Shown here one piece after another: positions 8,574 through 19,437 of a stretch of 64,000 nt of DNA; the stretch's first letter is position 1, and the number at the start of each line of letters is the position of its first letter. The notes under the pieces were generated by a model. It was not told the DNA's origin. It did not search any database and saw nothing but the letters and a program-made list of their open reading frames with translations. Origin of the DNA: an uncultured Planctomycetia bacterium (lineage in GTDB: Bacteria > Omnitrophota > Gorgyraeia > Tantalellales > Tantalellaceae). Both the position numbers and the translations under genes were made by a program. Location of the stretch: positions 10,063 through 74,062 of the forward strand of contig CAYQUS010000005.1 in assembly GCA_964421015.1 (NCBI GenBank), in the 5' to 3' direction.

Positions 8574-11150
8574 ATGATAAGTACCGGATTCAAAAATCTA
8601 GATGATGTCATAACCGGACTTAGGACGGGAGATAACGTTGTATGGCAGGTTGACGACATAAAGGAATACAGGGAATATGTCGATAATTTCGTACGGGAGT
8701 CCCTGTCATCCGGAAAGAAAGTCATATATATGAGGTTCGCCGGGCACGACGACCTTGTCAAACCATCGGAAGGGGTTTCCATATACAAGCTTGACTCGCA
8801 TGAGGGGTTTGAAAGTTTCTCTACAGAGGTTAACGCGATAATAACCAGGGAAGGCGTAGGGGTACATTATGTTTTTGACAGTCTTTCCGATCTTCTCCCG
8901 GCGTGGGCTACCGACCTTATGATAGGCAATTTTTTTATGGTTACCTGCCCGTATCTCTATGAACTTGACACCGTTGCTTATTTCGCCCTTATACGCAACT
9001 ACCATTCTTATAAGACAATAGCCCGCATACGCGAGACCACCCAGCTTCTTATAGACGTTTATGACTGTAACGGTGAGTTCTACGTGCACCCTCTTAAGGT
9101 CTGGAACAGATATTCTCCGACAATGTTCCTTCCGCATCTCAAACAGGCGGACAAGTTCACTCCTATAACTGACAGCGTTGAAGCCACAAGAGCCCTATGC
9201 TATATGAAAAACCCCGTTATAGAGGCCGGGAAACGCAACCTGGATTACTGGGACAGGCTTTTTATGAAGGGGGAGGAGCTGTTGGACTCTAGCGCTCCGG
9301 CAGAAGAGATAAAAAAAATGATCTCCCTTTATTCGAACGTAATGATATCCAAGGATGCCAAGATACTTTCTCTGGTGGAAGACAACTTTTCACTGGAGGA
9401 CCTTCTTGAGATAAAAGCCAGGATGATAGGAACGGGTATAATCGGAGGGAAAGCCGTAGGTATGCTGCTGGCTCGAAAACTGCTTTCTAAAAACCCGGAA
9501 CTCAAATGGGAGAAATGGTCGGAGCCGCACGATTCGTTTTACATAGGGTCTGATGTTTTTTACAGCTATATCGTGCAGAACGGATGGTGGAAACTGAGGC
9601 TTGAGCAGAAAACGGAAAAAGGATATTTCGAGGCAGCGCGCGTGCTCGGGGAAAAGATGCTGCACGGCAAATTCCCCGAGGAGATAAGGGACCAGTTCCA
9701 GAGGATAATGGAATATTTCGGGCAGTCGCCGATAATAGTGAGGTCTTCCAGCCTTCTTGAGGACGGGTTCGGTAACGCTTTTGCGGGCAAGTATGACAGT
9801 TTCTTTCTGTCTAATCAGGGAACCCCCGAAGAGAGGTTCATAAAGTTCGCAGAGGCCGTACGAAAGATATACGCCAGCACGATGAGCGAGGACGCTCTTG
9901 TCTACAGGAAGCAGCGGGGCCTTGATAAGCTCGACGAGCAGATGGCACTTCTTGTGCAGAGAGTCTCGGGGGCGTATCACGAGGACAGATTTTTCCCTGA
10001 TATGGCCGGGGTGGGGATATCATATAACACTTACGTATGGAGCAAAGATATGTCTCCCGAGGCCGGGATGCTGAGAATAGTCATGGGTCTTGGGACAAGG
10101 GCGGTAAATCGGGTCGAGGGTGATTATCCCAGGATAACAGCACTTGATAAACCTTTACTGAGGCCGCATGCCGGCCGCAATGACCTTGTCAAGTATTCGC
10201 AAAGAGAGGTTGACGTCATTGATATAGCCAGGAACTCTTTTGAGACCGTTCCGCTTGACGATGTTTCCTCGGCACCGGATGTTCAGCACTTGATGGACAC
10301 CATAGCCGAACGAGATCACGAGGGAATGAGGATGATGGCGGAAAGGGGCATGAACAGGGAAGCTCCGTGGATAATAACTTTTGATAGTTTTTTTTCGCGC
10401 GGCGATTTCATAGAAAAAATGAAGCTGATGATGAAAACGCTGGAAAAAGGATACAATTATCCCGTGGATATTGAGTTCACGGTTAACCTTACGGAAGGAG
10501 GGTACGCGGTAAATCTTCTGCAGTGCCGGCCTCTTCAGACGAGGGGGTTGGGCAAAAAGGTCGAAATACCTTCCGATATCAAAAAAGATAAGGTTATGTT
10601 CTCTTCCGGAGGGTACTTTTTCGGCGGGAATATTTCTCAGGATATACACTCCATAATATACGTGGATCCGGCCGGGTACATAGCTCTTTCGGAAAGCGGG
10701 AAGTACGATATCGCCCGGGCGGTGGGAAAACTTAACCGGAAAATATCCGGCAGGAATTCTTCTCCCACGCTTCTTTTCGGGCCGGGAAGATGGGGGACAT
10801 CCACCCCGTCGCTCGGGGTTCCCGTGAGCTTTTCCGAGATAAACAATATAGCGGTGCTCGCCGAGATATCTTTTTCCGGGGGCAACCTTATGCCGGAACT
10901 TTCTTTCGGAACTCATTTTTTCCAGGATCTTGTGGAAACGGAAATATTCTACGCGGCGATATTCCCCGAAAGAAAGGACACATACTACGACTCTTCGTGG
11001 ATGTCAGGTCTTAAGAATATGTTCGCGTCGGAACTCGAAGAATACGCCAAGTACAGCAATGTTATAGGGGTCTATGACGTAAAAGGCAAGGGGCTTAAAA
11101 TGCTCTCTGACGTCATGACCCAGAAAATGGTCTGTTATTACACTATTTAA
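8574..11150 (+). CDS. PPDK_N-domain protein (PEP synthase/pyruvate phosphate dikinase-type ATP-binding domain) with a degenerate RecA/KaiC-like N-terminal domain
   Basis: GGKAVGM, IIVRSSSLLEDGFGNAFAGKYDSF and DIEFTVNL...LLQCRPLQ match the PPDK_N/ATP-grasp signatures (GGKxxN; RSSAxxED; DIEFaidGklyiLQaRP). The N-terminus GFKNLDDVITGLRTGDNVVWQVDD resembles a KaiC/RadA fold without a Walker A motif. Confidence 0.6.
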   Translation: MISTGFKNLDDVITGLRTGDNVVWQVDDIKEYREYVDNFVRESLSSGKKVIYMRFAGHDDLVKPSEGVSIYKLDSHEGFESFSTEVNAIITREGVGVHYVFDSLSDLLPAWATDLMIGNFFMVTCPYLYELDTVAYFALIRNYHSYKTIARIRETTQLLIDVYDCNGEFYVHPLKVWNRYSPTMFLPHLKQADKFTPITDSVEATRALCYMKNPVIEAGKRNLDYWDRLFMKGEELLDSSAPAEEIKKMISLYSNVMISKDAKILSLVEDNFSLEDLLEIKARMIGTGIIGGKAVGMLLARKLLSKNPELKWEKWSEPHDSFYIGSDVFYSYIVQNGWWKLRLEQKTEKGYFEAARVLGEKMLHGKFPEEIRDQFQRIMEYFGQSPIIVRSSSLLEDGFGNAFAGKYDSFFLSNQGTPEERFIKFAEAVRKIYASTMSEDALVYRKQRGLDKLDEQMALLVQRVSGAYHEDRFFPDMAGVGISYNTYVWSKDMSPEAGMLRIVMGLGTRAVNRVEGDYPRITALDKPLLRPHAGRNDLVKYSQREVDVIDIARNSFETVPLDDVSSAPDVQHLMDTIAERDHEGMRMMAERGMNREAPWIITFDSFFSRGDFIEKMKLMMKTLEKGYNYPVDIEFTVNLTEGGYAVNLLQCRPLQTRGLGKKVEIPSDIKKDKVMFSSGGYFFGGNISQDIHSIIYVDPAGYIALSESGKYDIARAVGKLNRKISGRNSSPTLLFGPGRWGTSTPSLGVPVSFSEINNIAVLAEISFSGGNLMPELSFGTHFFQDLVETEIFYAAIFPERKDTYYDSSWMSGLKNMFASELEEYAKYSNVIGVYDVKGKGLKMLSDVMTQKMVCYYTI

Positions 11151-11258
11151 TCAGATCGATGGCGCGAAAAACGTATAAGAATTCTCTTGCCTTATGCCAA
11201 CAATTTGATACTATATCCCTGTAATTTACCCATTTATTTTGTCCAAAGGGAGGGCAAG

Positions 11259-11684
11259 ATGAGAAAAGTAACATTGTTATTAGCTGTACTGTGTCCTGTT
11301 TTATTGCTTCTTTCCGGCTGCGCGTCAACAGGCTCTAAAGAAATGGGGAGCCTGAAGAACAGGATGAACGCCTTGGAGGAAAGACAGGATGCTCTGGAGT
11401 CAAGGTCAAGAGCGGTCTCGACGGATGTGTCTTATGTGTCGGCCGTTGAGAGGCCCGCGCCGTATACCAGCGGATCTTCAAGCAGCCAGACGTCATCGGT
11501 GATGACAAAGACCGATGTACAAAGGGCGCTGAAAAACGCCGGTTACTACGACGGGTCTATAGACGGTAAAATAGGGCCCAAGACACGTAAGGCCATAACG
11601 GATTTCCAGGCGGCAAAAGGCCTGAAAGTCGACGGAGTTGTGGGTCCCGCTACCAAAGCGGCGTTATCGAAGTATTTGCAGTAA
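11259..11684 (+). CDS. Lipoprotein with C-terminal peptidoglycan-binding domain
   Basis: Signal peptide plus lipobox LLLSGC, and a C-terminal PG_binding_1-like repeat (GYYDGSIDGKIGPKTRKAITDFQAAKGLKVDGVVGPAT). Starts at ATG 11259, preceded by a GGGAGGG RBS; the track ORF begins further upstream at 11187. Confidence 0.7.
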   Translation: MRKVTLLLAVLCPVLLLLSGCASTGSKEMGSLKNRMNALEERQDALESRSRAVSTDVSYVSAVERPAPYTSGSSSSQTSSVMTKTDVQRALKNAGYYDGSIDGKIGPKTRKAITDFQAAKGLKVDGVVGPATKAALSKYLQ

Positions 11685-11744
11685 GCGTTTTAAAGGCAGT
11701 TTTTCCTTGACTGCCCCAAGGTAAAAGAAGATAATCTTGAGTGA

Positions 11745-11797
11745 ACAAAGGCGTTCATCCTCAAATGTGTTTTATGGGGAAGAACGCCTTTTTTTAT
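11745..11797 (+). terminator. Rho-independent terminator
   Basis: Stem AAAGGCGTTC...GAACGCCTTT followed by a T-rich tract. Confidence 0.6.
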
Positions 11798-11859
11798 CAC
11801 AAGATGCCTTATCTTGAGGCTTTTTATGATGTTTTTATGACCTAAAGGGAGAAAGGGAA

Positions 11860-12702
11860 ATGCACAAAATAGTTTTCAAAAAACAGCTTAATCCCGAGAT
11901 ATGTCTTGTTGAATTCGAGGCCGGGGATCTTGCGGCCGCGGCTAAAGCCGGACAGTTCGTCATACTGCGCGTGGATGAGAAGGGAGAAAGGTTCCCTCTT
12001 ACAATATACGATTTTAACGTTACCAAGGGCACGGTTACGGTTGTTTGCCAGGCGGTGGGTGTAAGCACAAAGAAGCTTTGCGCTCTTAACCAGGGAGAAA
12101 GCATTCTTGATGTCGCCGGGCCTCTTGGCCACGCTACGGCCACGGAAAATATAGGCAAGGTTATCTGTATAGGCGGAGGTGTGGGTACCGCTGAGGCTTT
12201 TCCTATAGCGCGCGCGATGAAAGAGGCGGGCAACGACGTGACGGTCATAATAGGGGCCCGCAATTCGGGTCTTGTCATATGCGAAAAAGAAATAAGGGAG
12301 TTCTGCGATAAGGTGCATGTTACAACAGACGACGGTTCGTACGGAAGGAAGGGTTTTGTCACGGATGTCCTGAGCGAGCTCATAAAAGCCTCTAGGTATG
12401 ATCTGGTTTTCGCCATAGGCCCTGTTCCCATGATGAAAAGGGTCGCGGATGTTACAAGAGGCGAGAACATAAAGACAATGGTGTCGCTTAATTCCATAAT
12501 GATAGACGGTACAGGCATGTGCGGGGGATGCCGCCTCAAATATGACGGCAAACCAAGTTTTGCCTGTGTGGACGGGCCTGAATTTGACGCGCATCTGGTG
12601 GATTTCGACGACCTTATGAAACGGGGATCGAGATATAAAGACAAAGAAAAAAGGGCCAACGAGCATTACGGCGAAAAATGCAGGATAGGTCTGGGAAAAT
12701 AA
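11860..12702 (+). CDS. NfnA/SudB-like ferredoxin-NADP+ reductase subunit (PyrK-like FAD/[2Fe-2S] protein)
   Basis: 280 aa. Has a PyrK/FNR-like fold and a C-terminal Cys cluster CGGCRLKYDGKPSFAC. It sits directly 5' of a GltD-like subunit, which is the NfnAB/SudAB arrangement. Confidence 0.7.
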   Translation: MHKIVFKKQLNPEICLVEFEAGDLAAAAKAGQFVILRVDEKGERFPLTIYDFNVTKGTVTVVCQAVGVSTKKLCALNQGESILDVAGPLGHATATENIGKVICIGGGVGTAEAFPIARAMKEAGNDVTVIIGARNSGLVICEKEIREFCDKVHVTTDDGSYGRKGFVTDVLSELIKASRYDLVFAIGPVPMMKRVADVTRGENIKTMVSLNSIMIDGTGMCGGCRLKYDGKPSFACVDGPEFDAHLVDFDDLMKRGSRYKDKEKRANEHYGEKCRIGLGK

Positions 12703-12718
12703 ATTTTTCGGAGAAAAA

Positions 12719-14119
12719 ATGGCTGACAAGGTAAAAATGCGAGAGAGAGCGGCGAAGGAACGGGTCAAGGATTTTGCCGAGGTCCCTTACGGGTATAACG
12801 AAGAGGAAGCGGTCGCGGAGGCCTCGAGGTGCCTCGGATGCAAGACGGCTCCCTGTGTTTCAGGATGCCCCGCCGAAGTGAACATCCCGGCTTTTATAAA
12901 GATGATAAAGGAAAGAAAGTTCGACGAGGCTGTAGCCGTGATCAAAAAGACCAACACGCTTCCGGCGGTATGCGGCAGGGTGTGTCCCCAGGAAGACCAA
13001 TGCGAGAAAAATTGCGTGCTGGCAAAAGCGGGAAGGCCCATCGATATAGGGTCTCTGGAAAGGTTCGCAGCCGATCATGAACGGGCGAAAAAAAAGGGTT
13101 CAAGCGCGAGTTCAGGTCCAGTAAGTAACAGCAAGGGACAGAAGGTAGCCGTTATAGGGTCCGGGCCCGCCGGTCTTACGGCGGCGGCCGATCTTGCCAG
13201 GATGGGTTACAGTGTTACGGTATTCGAGGGGCTCCATAAACCCGGAGGGGTACTTACTTACGGCATTCCGGAATTCAGGCTGCCCAAAGAAATAGTGATG
13301 CTGGAGGTAGAGGGCATAAAGTCTCTGGGCGTTGAAGTGAAATACAATTACGTCATAGGCAAGATAAAGACCATAGAGGGGCTCAGGAAGGAAGGGTTTA
13401 AGGCTTTCTTTATATGCACCGGAGCCGGGCTTCCCTCGTTCATGGGAATAGAAGGCGAGAACCTTCCGGGAGTATACTCGGCCAACGAATTTCTGACCAG
13501 GGTAAATCTTATGAAGGCCTACAGTTTCCCGGAATATGATACACCTGTCAATATAGGGGCTAAAGTGGCCGTGATAGGCGCCGGTAACGTGGCTATGGAC
13601 TCTGCCAGATGCGCTCTCCGCCTGGGAGCGGAAAAAGTCTACATAGTCTACCGCAGGACCGAAGAGGAAATGCCGGCAAGGCTTGACGAGATACACCACG
13701 CGATGGAAGAAGGTGTGGAATTCCACCTTTTAACAACGCCTGTAAAAATATTGGGCGACGAAAAAGGCGAAATAAAGGGAATGGAATGTATAAAGAACTC
13801 TCTCGGCGAACCGGATTCAAGCGGCAGAAGAAGGCCGGTGCCGATAAAAGGGTCTGAGTTCGAGATGGCTGTTGATACTGTGATCGTGGCAATCGGCAAC
13901 GGGCCGAACCCGCTTCTTCTGAATACCGTTAACGGACTTGAACTCACAAAGTGGGGCAATATAAAGGCCGATGACGACGGAAGAACATCGGTTCGTGATA
14001 TTTTTGCCGGAGGAGATATAGTGACGGGAGCGGCTACGGTCATAGCCGCCATGGGCGCCGGGAAAAAGGCAGCCCGGACCATTGATAGTTATCTCTCGGG
14101 GAAAACCGGAGAGAAGTGA
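12719..14119 (+). CDS. NfnB/SudA-like (GltD-family, 'homotetrameric NADPH glutamate synthase GltA'-type) oxidoreductase
   Basis: Two Fe-S Cys motifs (CLGCKTAPCVSGCP; CGRVCPQEDQCEKNC) and two Rossmann motifs (VIGSGPAGL; VIGAGNVAMD). 466 aa. Confidence 0.75.
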   Translation: MADKVKMRERAAKERVKDFAEVPYGYNEEEAVAEASRCLGCKTAPCVSGCPAEVNIPAFIKMIKERKFDEAVAVIKKTNTLPAVCGRVCPQEDQCEKNCVLAKAGRPIDIGSLERFAADHERAKKKGSSASSGPVSNSKGQKVAVIGSGPAGLTAAADLARMGYSVTVFEGLHKPGGVLTYGIPEFRLPKEIVMLEVEGIKSLGVEVKYNYVIGKIKTIEGLRKEGFKAFFICTGAGLPSFMGIEGENLPGVYSANEFLTRVNLMKAYSFPEYDTPVNIGAKVAVIGAGNVAMDSARCALRLGAEKVYIVYRRTEEEMPARLDEIHHAMEEGVEFHLLTTPVKILGDEKGEIKGMECIKNSLGEPDSSGRRRPVPIKGSEFEMAVDTVIVAIGNGPNPLLLNTVNGLELTKWGNIKADDDGRTSVRDIFAGGDIVTGAATVIAAMGAGKKAARTIDSYLSGKTGEK

Positions 14120-14148
14120 AAAGTCTAAAATAAAATCGGAGGTGTTAA

Positions 14149-15486
<1,338 letters not shown>

Positions 15487-15506
15487 GCCTGCCTATATGA
15501 TCAAAA

Positions 15507-15544
15507 AGGGGACATGCGCTTAAAAGCGTATGTCCCCTTTTTTA
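15507..15544 (+). terminator. Rho-independent terminator after gdhA
   Basis: AGGGGACATGCGC/GCGTATGTCCCC stem with one G-U pair, then TTTTTT. Confidence 0.7.
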
Positions 15545-15593
15545 CGCGGTAAAACTCTTTATGCTTACATCTTTTTACAAATATTGTGCAATA

Positions 15594-15672
15594 GGCTCGG
15601 GAGAGCTCTTTGCGCCTCCCGAAGGTCTAAAATTTCCAATGGGGCCTCTTGATTAAAGAGCTCTCCCGAGCC
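15594..15672. repeat. Perfect 18-bp inverted repeat with a 43-nt loop
   Basis: Arms GGCTCGGGAGAGCTCTTT (15594-15611) and AAAGAGCTCTCCCGAGCC (15655-15672). Confidence 0.8.
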
Positions 15673-15748
15673 TTATCACTCCAAGAACGAATGTTTAAAC
15701 GTCCCTGGTAAAAGCACAACCCGAAGCCTAGGGTTGCTACAATGCGAA

Positions 15749-15777
15749 TTGACACCCGAGGAGCGATGTGGTCTAAT
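15749..15777 (+). promoter_or_regulatory. Sigma70-like promoter for the thi operon
   Basis: TTGACA (15749-15754), a 17-nt spacer, then TCTAAT (15772-15777), placed just upstream of the riboswitch. Confidence 0.55.
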
Positions 15778-15787
15778 GTAGGCTATA

Positions 15788-15880
15788 TATCCGGGGAGGG
15801 CGTGTGGCGCTCTGAGAGTTCCGATCGAGAAGCGGATTACCCGAGTAACCTGATCTGGATAATGCCAGCGTAGGGAGAGT
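15788..15880 (+). promoter_or_regulatory. TPP (THI-box) riboswitch
   Basis: Conserved CTGAGA, and ACCCGAGTAACCTGATCTGGATAATGCCAGCGTAGGGA matching the THI-element core (ACC...GAACCTGATCTGGATAATGCCAGCGTAGGGA). Lies 5' of thiE. Confidence 0.85.
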
Positions 15881-15892
15881 GAAGATATAAAA

Positions 15893-15925
15893 CCTCATGC
15901 GCTGCATGGGGTTTTTTGTTTTCGG
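15893..15925 (+). terminator. Riboswitch attenuator terminator
   Basis: CCTCATGC...GCATGGGG stem then TTTTTTGTTTT, positioned between the aptamer and thiE. Confidence 0.65.
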
Positions 15926-16025
15926 AAGAGACCTTGTAATCAGAGAGGCGATAGGGATAGTGTTCGGGCTAAGTCTGGGTAGGGCTTCCGGTGTTATGGG
16001 TTTCAACGCATGAGGGTTTAGCAAG

Positions 16026-16880
16026 ATGAAAAATAAAAAACTGAATGACCGTAATCTGTACCTCGTTACGGGACAGGAATGTTCGCTTGGCCGAGCCACC
16101 ATTGAAGTTGTTAAGGCTGCCATACTGGGCGGTGTTGATATCGTTCAAATGAGAGAGAAAACGTTTTCAGCCGCCGAACTCAAAGAGCTGGGTGTTAAAC
16201 TCTCAAAGATATGTTCCGGAGCCGGGGTTAAATTTATAGTGAACGATGATCCGTATCTTGCGAAAGAGGTCGGCGCCGACGGAGTGCACCTCGGGCAGGA
16301 AGACCTTAAGAAATTCCCCATAGATACGGTTCGCCGTATTTTAGGGCCGGACGGGATAATAGGTGTTTCGACACATTCACTGCAAGAGGCCGAGATCGGT
16401 ATGACAAGTGACGCGGATTATATCGCGTTCGGGCCGGTCTTCCCGACAAAGACCAAAGACTATTTTGTAGGCATTTCTGACGTTCCCGGTGTGCTTGGTC
16501 TTGGGAATAAGCCTGTAGTAATGATAGGCGGCATAAACGGGGATAATATCGATCAACTCCTTTCTCTGGGAGCCGGAAATATAGCCATGATAAGGCATAT
16601 AACGGAGGCTTCAGATATAGAAAAGGAAGTAAGAAGGATGAAAGAAAAGATATTTTCTTCAGGTTCAAGCGGTACGGGAGTCAATATCAGGATAAACGGT
16701 GTTGTTCAGGCGATCGGAAAGGAAATGAGCATTTTTGAATTGGTAGAGTCAAGGGGGCTAAGGCCTGAACGGGTAGTTATAGAGCATAACGATAAAATAG
16801 TCCTGAAAGATATGTGGTCTGAAGTTTCCCTGCGCGGCGGGGACAATGTTGAAATAGTGAGTTTTGTTGGCGGAGGATGA
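16026..16880 (+). CDS. thiE: Thiamine-phosphate synthase fused to a ThiS-like sulfur-carrier domain
   Basis: The N-terminal roughly 210 aa is ThiE-like (LYLVTGQE; VDIVQMREK). The C-terminal roughly 65 aa ends in ...VSFVGGG, a ThiS/MoaD-type Gly-Gly terminus. Confidence 0.7.
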   Translation: MKNKKLNDRNLYLVTGQECSLGRATIEVVKAAILGGVDIVQMREKTFSAAELKELGVKLSKICSGAGVKFIVNDDPYLAKEVGADGVHLGQEDLKKFPIDTVRRILGPDGIIGVSTHSLQEAEIGMTSDADYIAFGPVFPTKTKDYFVGISDVPGVLGLGNKPVVMIGGINGDNIDQLLSLGAGNIAMIRHITEASDIEKEVRRMKEKIFSSGSSGTGVNIRINGVVQAIGKEMSIFELVESRGLRPERVVIEHNDKIVLKDMWSEVSLRGGDNVEIVSFVGGG

Positions 16881-17664
16881 TATGGAAGATTTTCTTGAGA
16901 TAGCCGGGAGAAAGCTCTCCAGCAGATTTTTTCTGGGGACGGGAAAGTTCCCCAGAAAGTCAATGATAAGAGAAGTTCTTGATGTGTCGGGAGCCGATGT
17001 GGTGACGGTAGCATTAAGGAGGGTAGATACCGGTTCAGAGGATGAGAATGTTCTGGACCACATACCTGAAAGATGCGTGATAATGGCCAATACTTCCGGC
17101 GCCAGGAACGCAGAGGAGGCTGTAAGGATAGCCCGGCTTGCCAGGGCCGCGGGTTGCGGTAACTGGATAAAGATAGAGGTGATCCCGGACAATAAGTACC
17201 TTCTTCCCGACAATATGGAGACGCTTAAGGCTACCGAAATACTTGTGAAGGAGGGTTTCACGGTACTTCCTTATATGAATCCGGATCTTGTTTTAGGGCT
17301 TAAAATGGCCAAAGCCGGCGCCGCGGCTGTAATGCCGCTTGGGTCGCTGATAGGCAGTAACCGGGGCCTTAAGACCGAGGAAATAGTAAGCGTTATGATA
17401 AGGGAGATAGAAGTCCCGGTCATAGTGGACGCGGGGATAGGCAGGCCTTCCGACGCGGCAAGGTGTATGGAAATGGGGGCCGCGGCAGTTCTTGTCAACA
17501 CGGCGCTTGTTACTTCTCGGGATCCGGTAGCTATGGCGGAAGCATTCAGTCTTGCCGTCAGGGCGGGAAGACAGTCGTTTCTTTCCGGTCAGGGCGGAGA
17601 GTTTTTAGGGGCAAGGGCATCGTCTCCGTTCGAAGGTTTTTTGAGGGCAATAAACAATGAGTAA
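16864..17664 (+). CDS. thiG: Thiazole synthase
   Basis: Has the ThiG TIM-barrel motifs ([26 protein letters not shown]). Start is ambiguous; an internal Met at MEDFLEIAG is possible. Confidence 0.85.
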   Translation: MLAEDDMEDFLEIAGRKLSSRFFLGTGKFPRKSMIREVLDVSGADVVTVALRRVDTGSEDENVLDHIPERCVIMANTSGARNAEEAVRIARLARAAGCGNWIKIEVIPDNKYLLPDNMETLKATEILVKEGFTVLPYMNPDLVLGLKMAKAGAAAVMPLGSLIGSNRGLKTEEIVSVMIREIEVPVIVDAGIGRPSDAARCMEMGAAAVLVNTALVTSRDPVAMAEAFSLAVRAGRQSFLSGQGGEFLGARASSPFEGFLRAINNE

Positions 17665-18772
17665 AATCGGGACTTTTTTGGACATAATTAATTCTTTTGA
17701 GGAAGGCTTTCCCGGGATGCCTTCCGCTCAAAATCGGGATCTTGAGGCAAGGAAGGCGATATGGTCTGACATCGTTACTCCCGAGGGGTTTTCCGCTCTT
17801 CTTTCAGACCTGTCCGATAGCGTCATAGAAGAGGCTGCCGAGCGGTCGCATGAGCTTACCGTTCGTAATTTCGGCAGAGTGGCGCATCTTTATACTCCGA
17901 TGTATCTTTCCAACTATTGCGACAATGAGTGCGCGTACTGCGGTTTCAAGAGAGATAACGCCATAAAGCGAAGAACACTTACTCTTGAAGAAGTGCGGCG
18001 CGAGGCGGAGTTCATATCTTCCAAAGGGCTAAGGAACCTGCTGATACTTACCGGAGGTTCAAGAAAGGAGGCTCCGGTAAGTTATATACGCTCATGCGTC
18101 AAGGTGCTTAAGGAATTTTTCAGTTCCATAGCGATCGAGGTCTACGAACTTACCCTGGACGAGTATAAAGAGCTTATAGATGAAGGTGTTGACGGGCTTG
18201 TGATATATCAGGAGGTGTACGACAGGGAAGTGTACCGCAAAGTACACCTAGCGGGATCCAAAACAGATTATGATTTCAGGCTGGCCGCTCCCGAACGGGC
18301 TCTATCGGCGGGCATGAGAACGGTCAATATAGGTTCTCTACTCGGGCTTGGTGAATGGAGAAAGGAAGTTTACCTTACCGCGCTGCACGCGGCGTATCTC
18401 GAAAAAAAATTCCCGGCCGCCGAGATCAGTGTTTCCGTACCGAGGATCCGTCCGCAGGTCTCTTCTTTTATCCCGAACTCTTTAGTTACCGACAGGGATC
18501 TTGTTCAGATAGTTACGTCGCTGCGGATATTCCTGCCCAGGGTGGGAATAACTCTTTCCACGCGGGAAAGAGCGTCTTTGAGGGACATGCTCATTCTGGC
18601 GGGCGTAACAAGGATGTCGGCCGGGTCGACGACCGTCGTGGGAGGGCATACTCTCCCGGGAGAGCCGTGCCGGGCGGAACAGTTCGAGATACTTGACGAA
18701 AGAGGTGTCGAGGAGATAAAAAAAATGCTGCGGGCAAAAGGATACCAGCCCGTTCTCAAGGATTGGGCATGA
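17657..18772 (+). CDS. thiH: 2-iminoacetate synthase (radical SAM)
   Basis: Radical-SAM [10 protein letters not shown] motif. The 371-aa length fits ThiH; HydG would be about 470 aa with an extra C-terminal Fe-S domain. Confidence 0.75.
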   Translation: MSKIGTFLDIINSFEEGFPGMPSAQNRDLEARKAIWSDIVTPEGFSALLSDLSDSVIEEAAERSHELTVRNFGRVAHLYTPMYLSNYCDNECAYCGFKRDNAIKRRTLTLEEVRREAEFISSKGLRNLLILTGGSRKEAPVSYIRSCVKVLKEFFSSIAIEVYELTLDEYKELIDEGVDGLVIYQEVYDREVYRKVHLAGSKTDYDFRLAAPERALSAGMRTVNIGSLLGLGEWRKEVYLTALHAAYLEKKFPAAEISVSVPRIRPQVSSFIPNSLVTDRDLVQIVTSLRIFLPRVGITLSTRERASLRDMLILAGVTRMSAGSTTVVGGHTLPGEPCRAEQFEILDERGVEEIKKMLRAKGYQPVLKDWA

Positions 18773-19437
18773 CGGAAGAAAACAGGCTCAAAGATAAAGA
18801 CTCTCTGGATAGGCAGCTCGAACGCAAGTTCGGAACTGAGTATATGAAAAAGGTCCGGGGAGTGCTGGTTGGGATAGCGGGCGCCGGCGGGCTGGGGTCT
18901 AACTGCGCGGCGAACCTTGTCAGGAGCGGGTTCAGGAGGTTCGTTGTCGCGGATTTCGACACGGTCGAACATTCGAATCTTGACAGACAGTTCTATTTTT
19001 ACGACCAGGTGGGCAGGAAAAAAGCAGATGCCTTAAAGGAAAACCTAAAGAGAATAGATCCCGATGTCGAAATAGTTATTTTCGGGGAAAAGGTTACCGT
19101 GGAAAACGCGGGAAAGGTCTTTTCGGAATGTGATGTTATTGTGGAGGCTTTTGACAAGGCCGAAGAGAAGAGGATGCTGGCCGAGATTTTCATGAAAAGC
19201 GGGAAATTCATGGTTTCGGCTTCCGGTATTTCCGGAATAGGGCACTCCGACGGGATAAGGACAAGAAAGATAAATGATAACTTCGTCATAGTGGGGGATC
19301 TTATGTCGGACATAAGCGAAAGCCCGGCGGTATCCCCCAGGGTGAACGCGGCCGCCGCCAAACAAGCCGACGTTGTGCTGGAACATGTGGTCGGGAGAAG
19401 CTTGCGGAAAGATCCCTCTACGGGTGGTGGCCGATGA
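18763..19437 (+). CDS. thiF: ThiF/MoeB-family E1-like adenylyltransferase
   Basis: GIAGAGGLGS nucleotide-binding loop and ADFDTVEHSNLDRQ. Confidence 0.85.
   Translation: MGMTEENRLKDKDSLDRQLERKFGTEYMKKVRGVLVGIAGAGGLGSNCAANLVRSGFRRFVVADFDTVEHSNLDRQFYFYDQVGRKKADALKENLKRIDPDVEIVIFGEKVTVENAGKVFSECDVIVEAFDKAEEKRMLAEIFMKSGKFMVSASGISGIGHSDGIRTRKINDNFVIVGDLMSDISESPAVSPRVNAAAAKQADVVLEHVVGRSLRKDPSTGGGR

Noticed and set aside
17657-18772. Radical SAM ORF as HydG (given the hydE neighbour)
   Set aside because: At 371 aa it lacks the roughly 100-aa C-terminal auxiliary Fe-S domain of HydG. It sits inside a TPP-riboswitch-controlled thi operon with thiG and thiF, so ThiH was retained.
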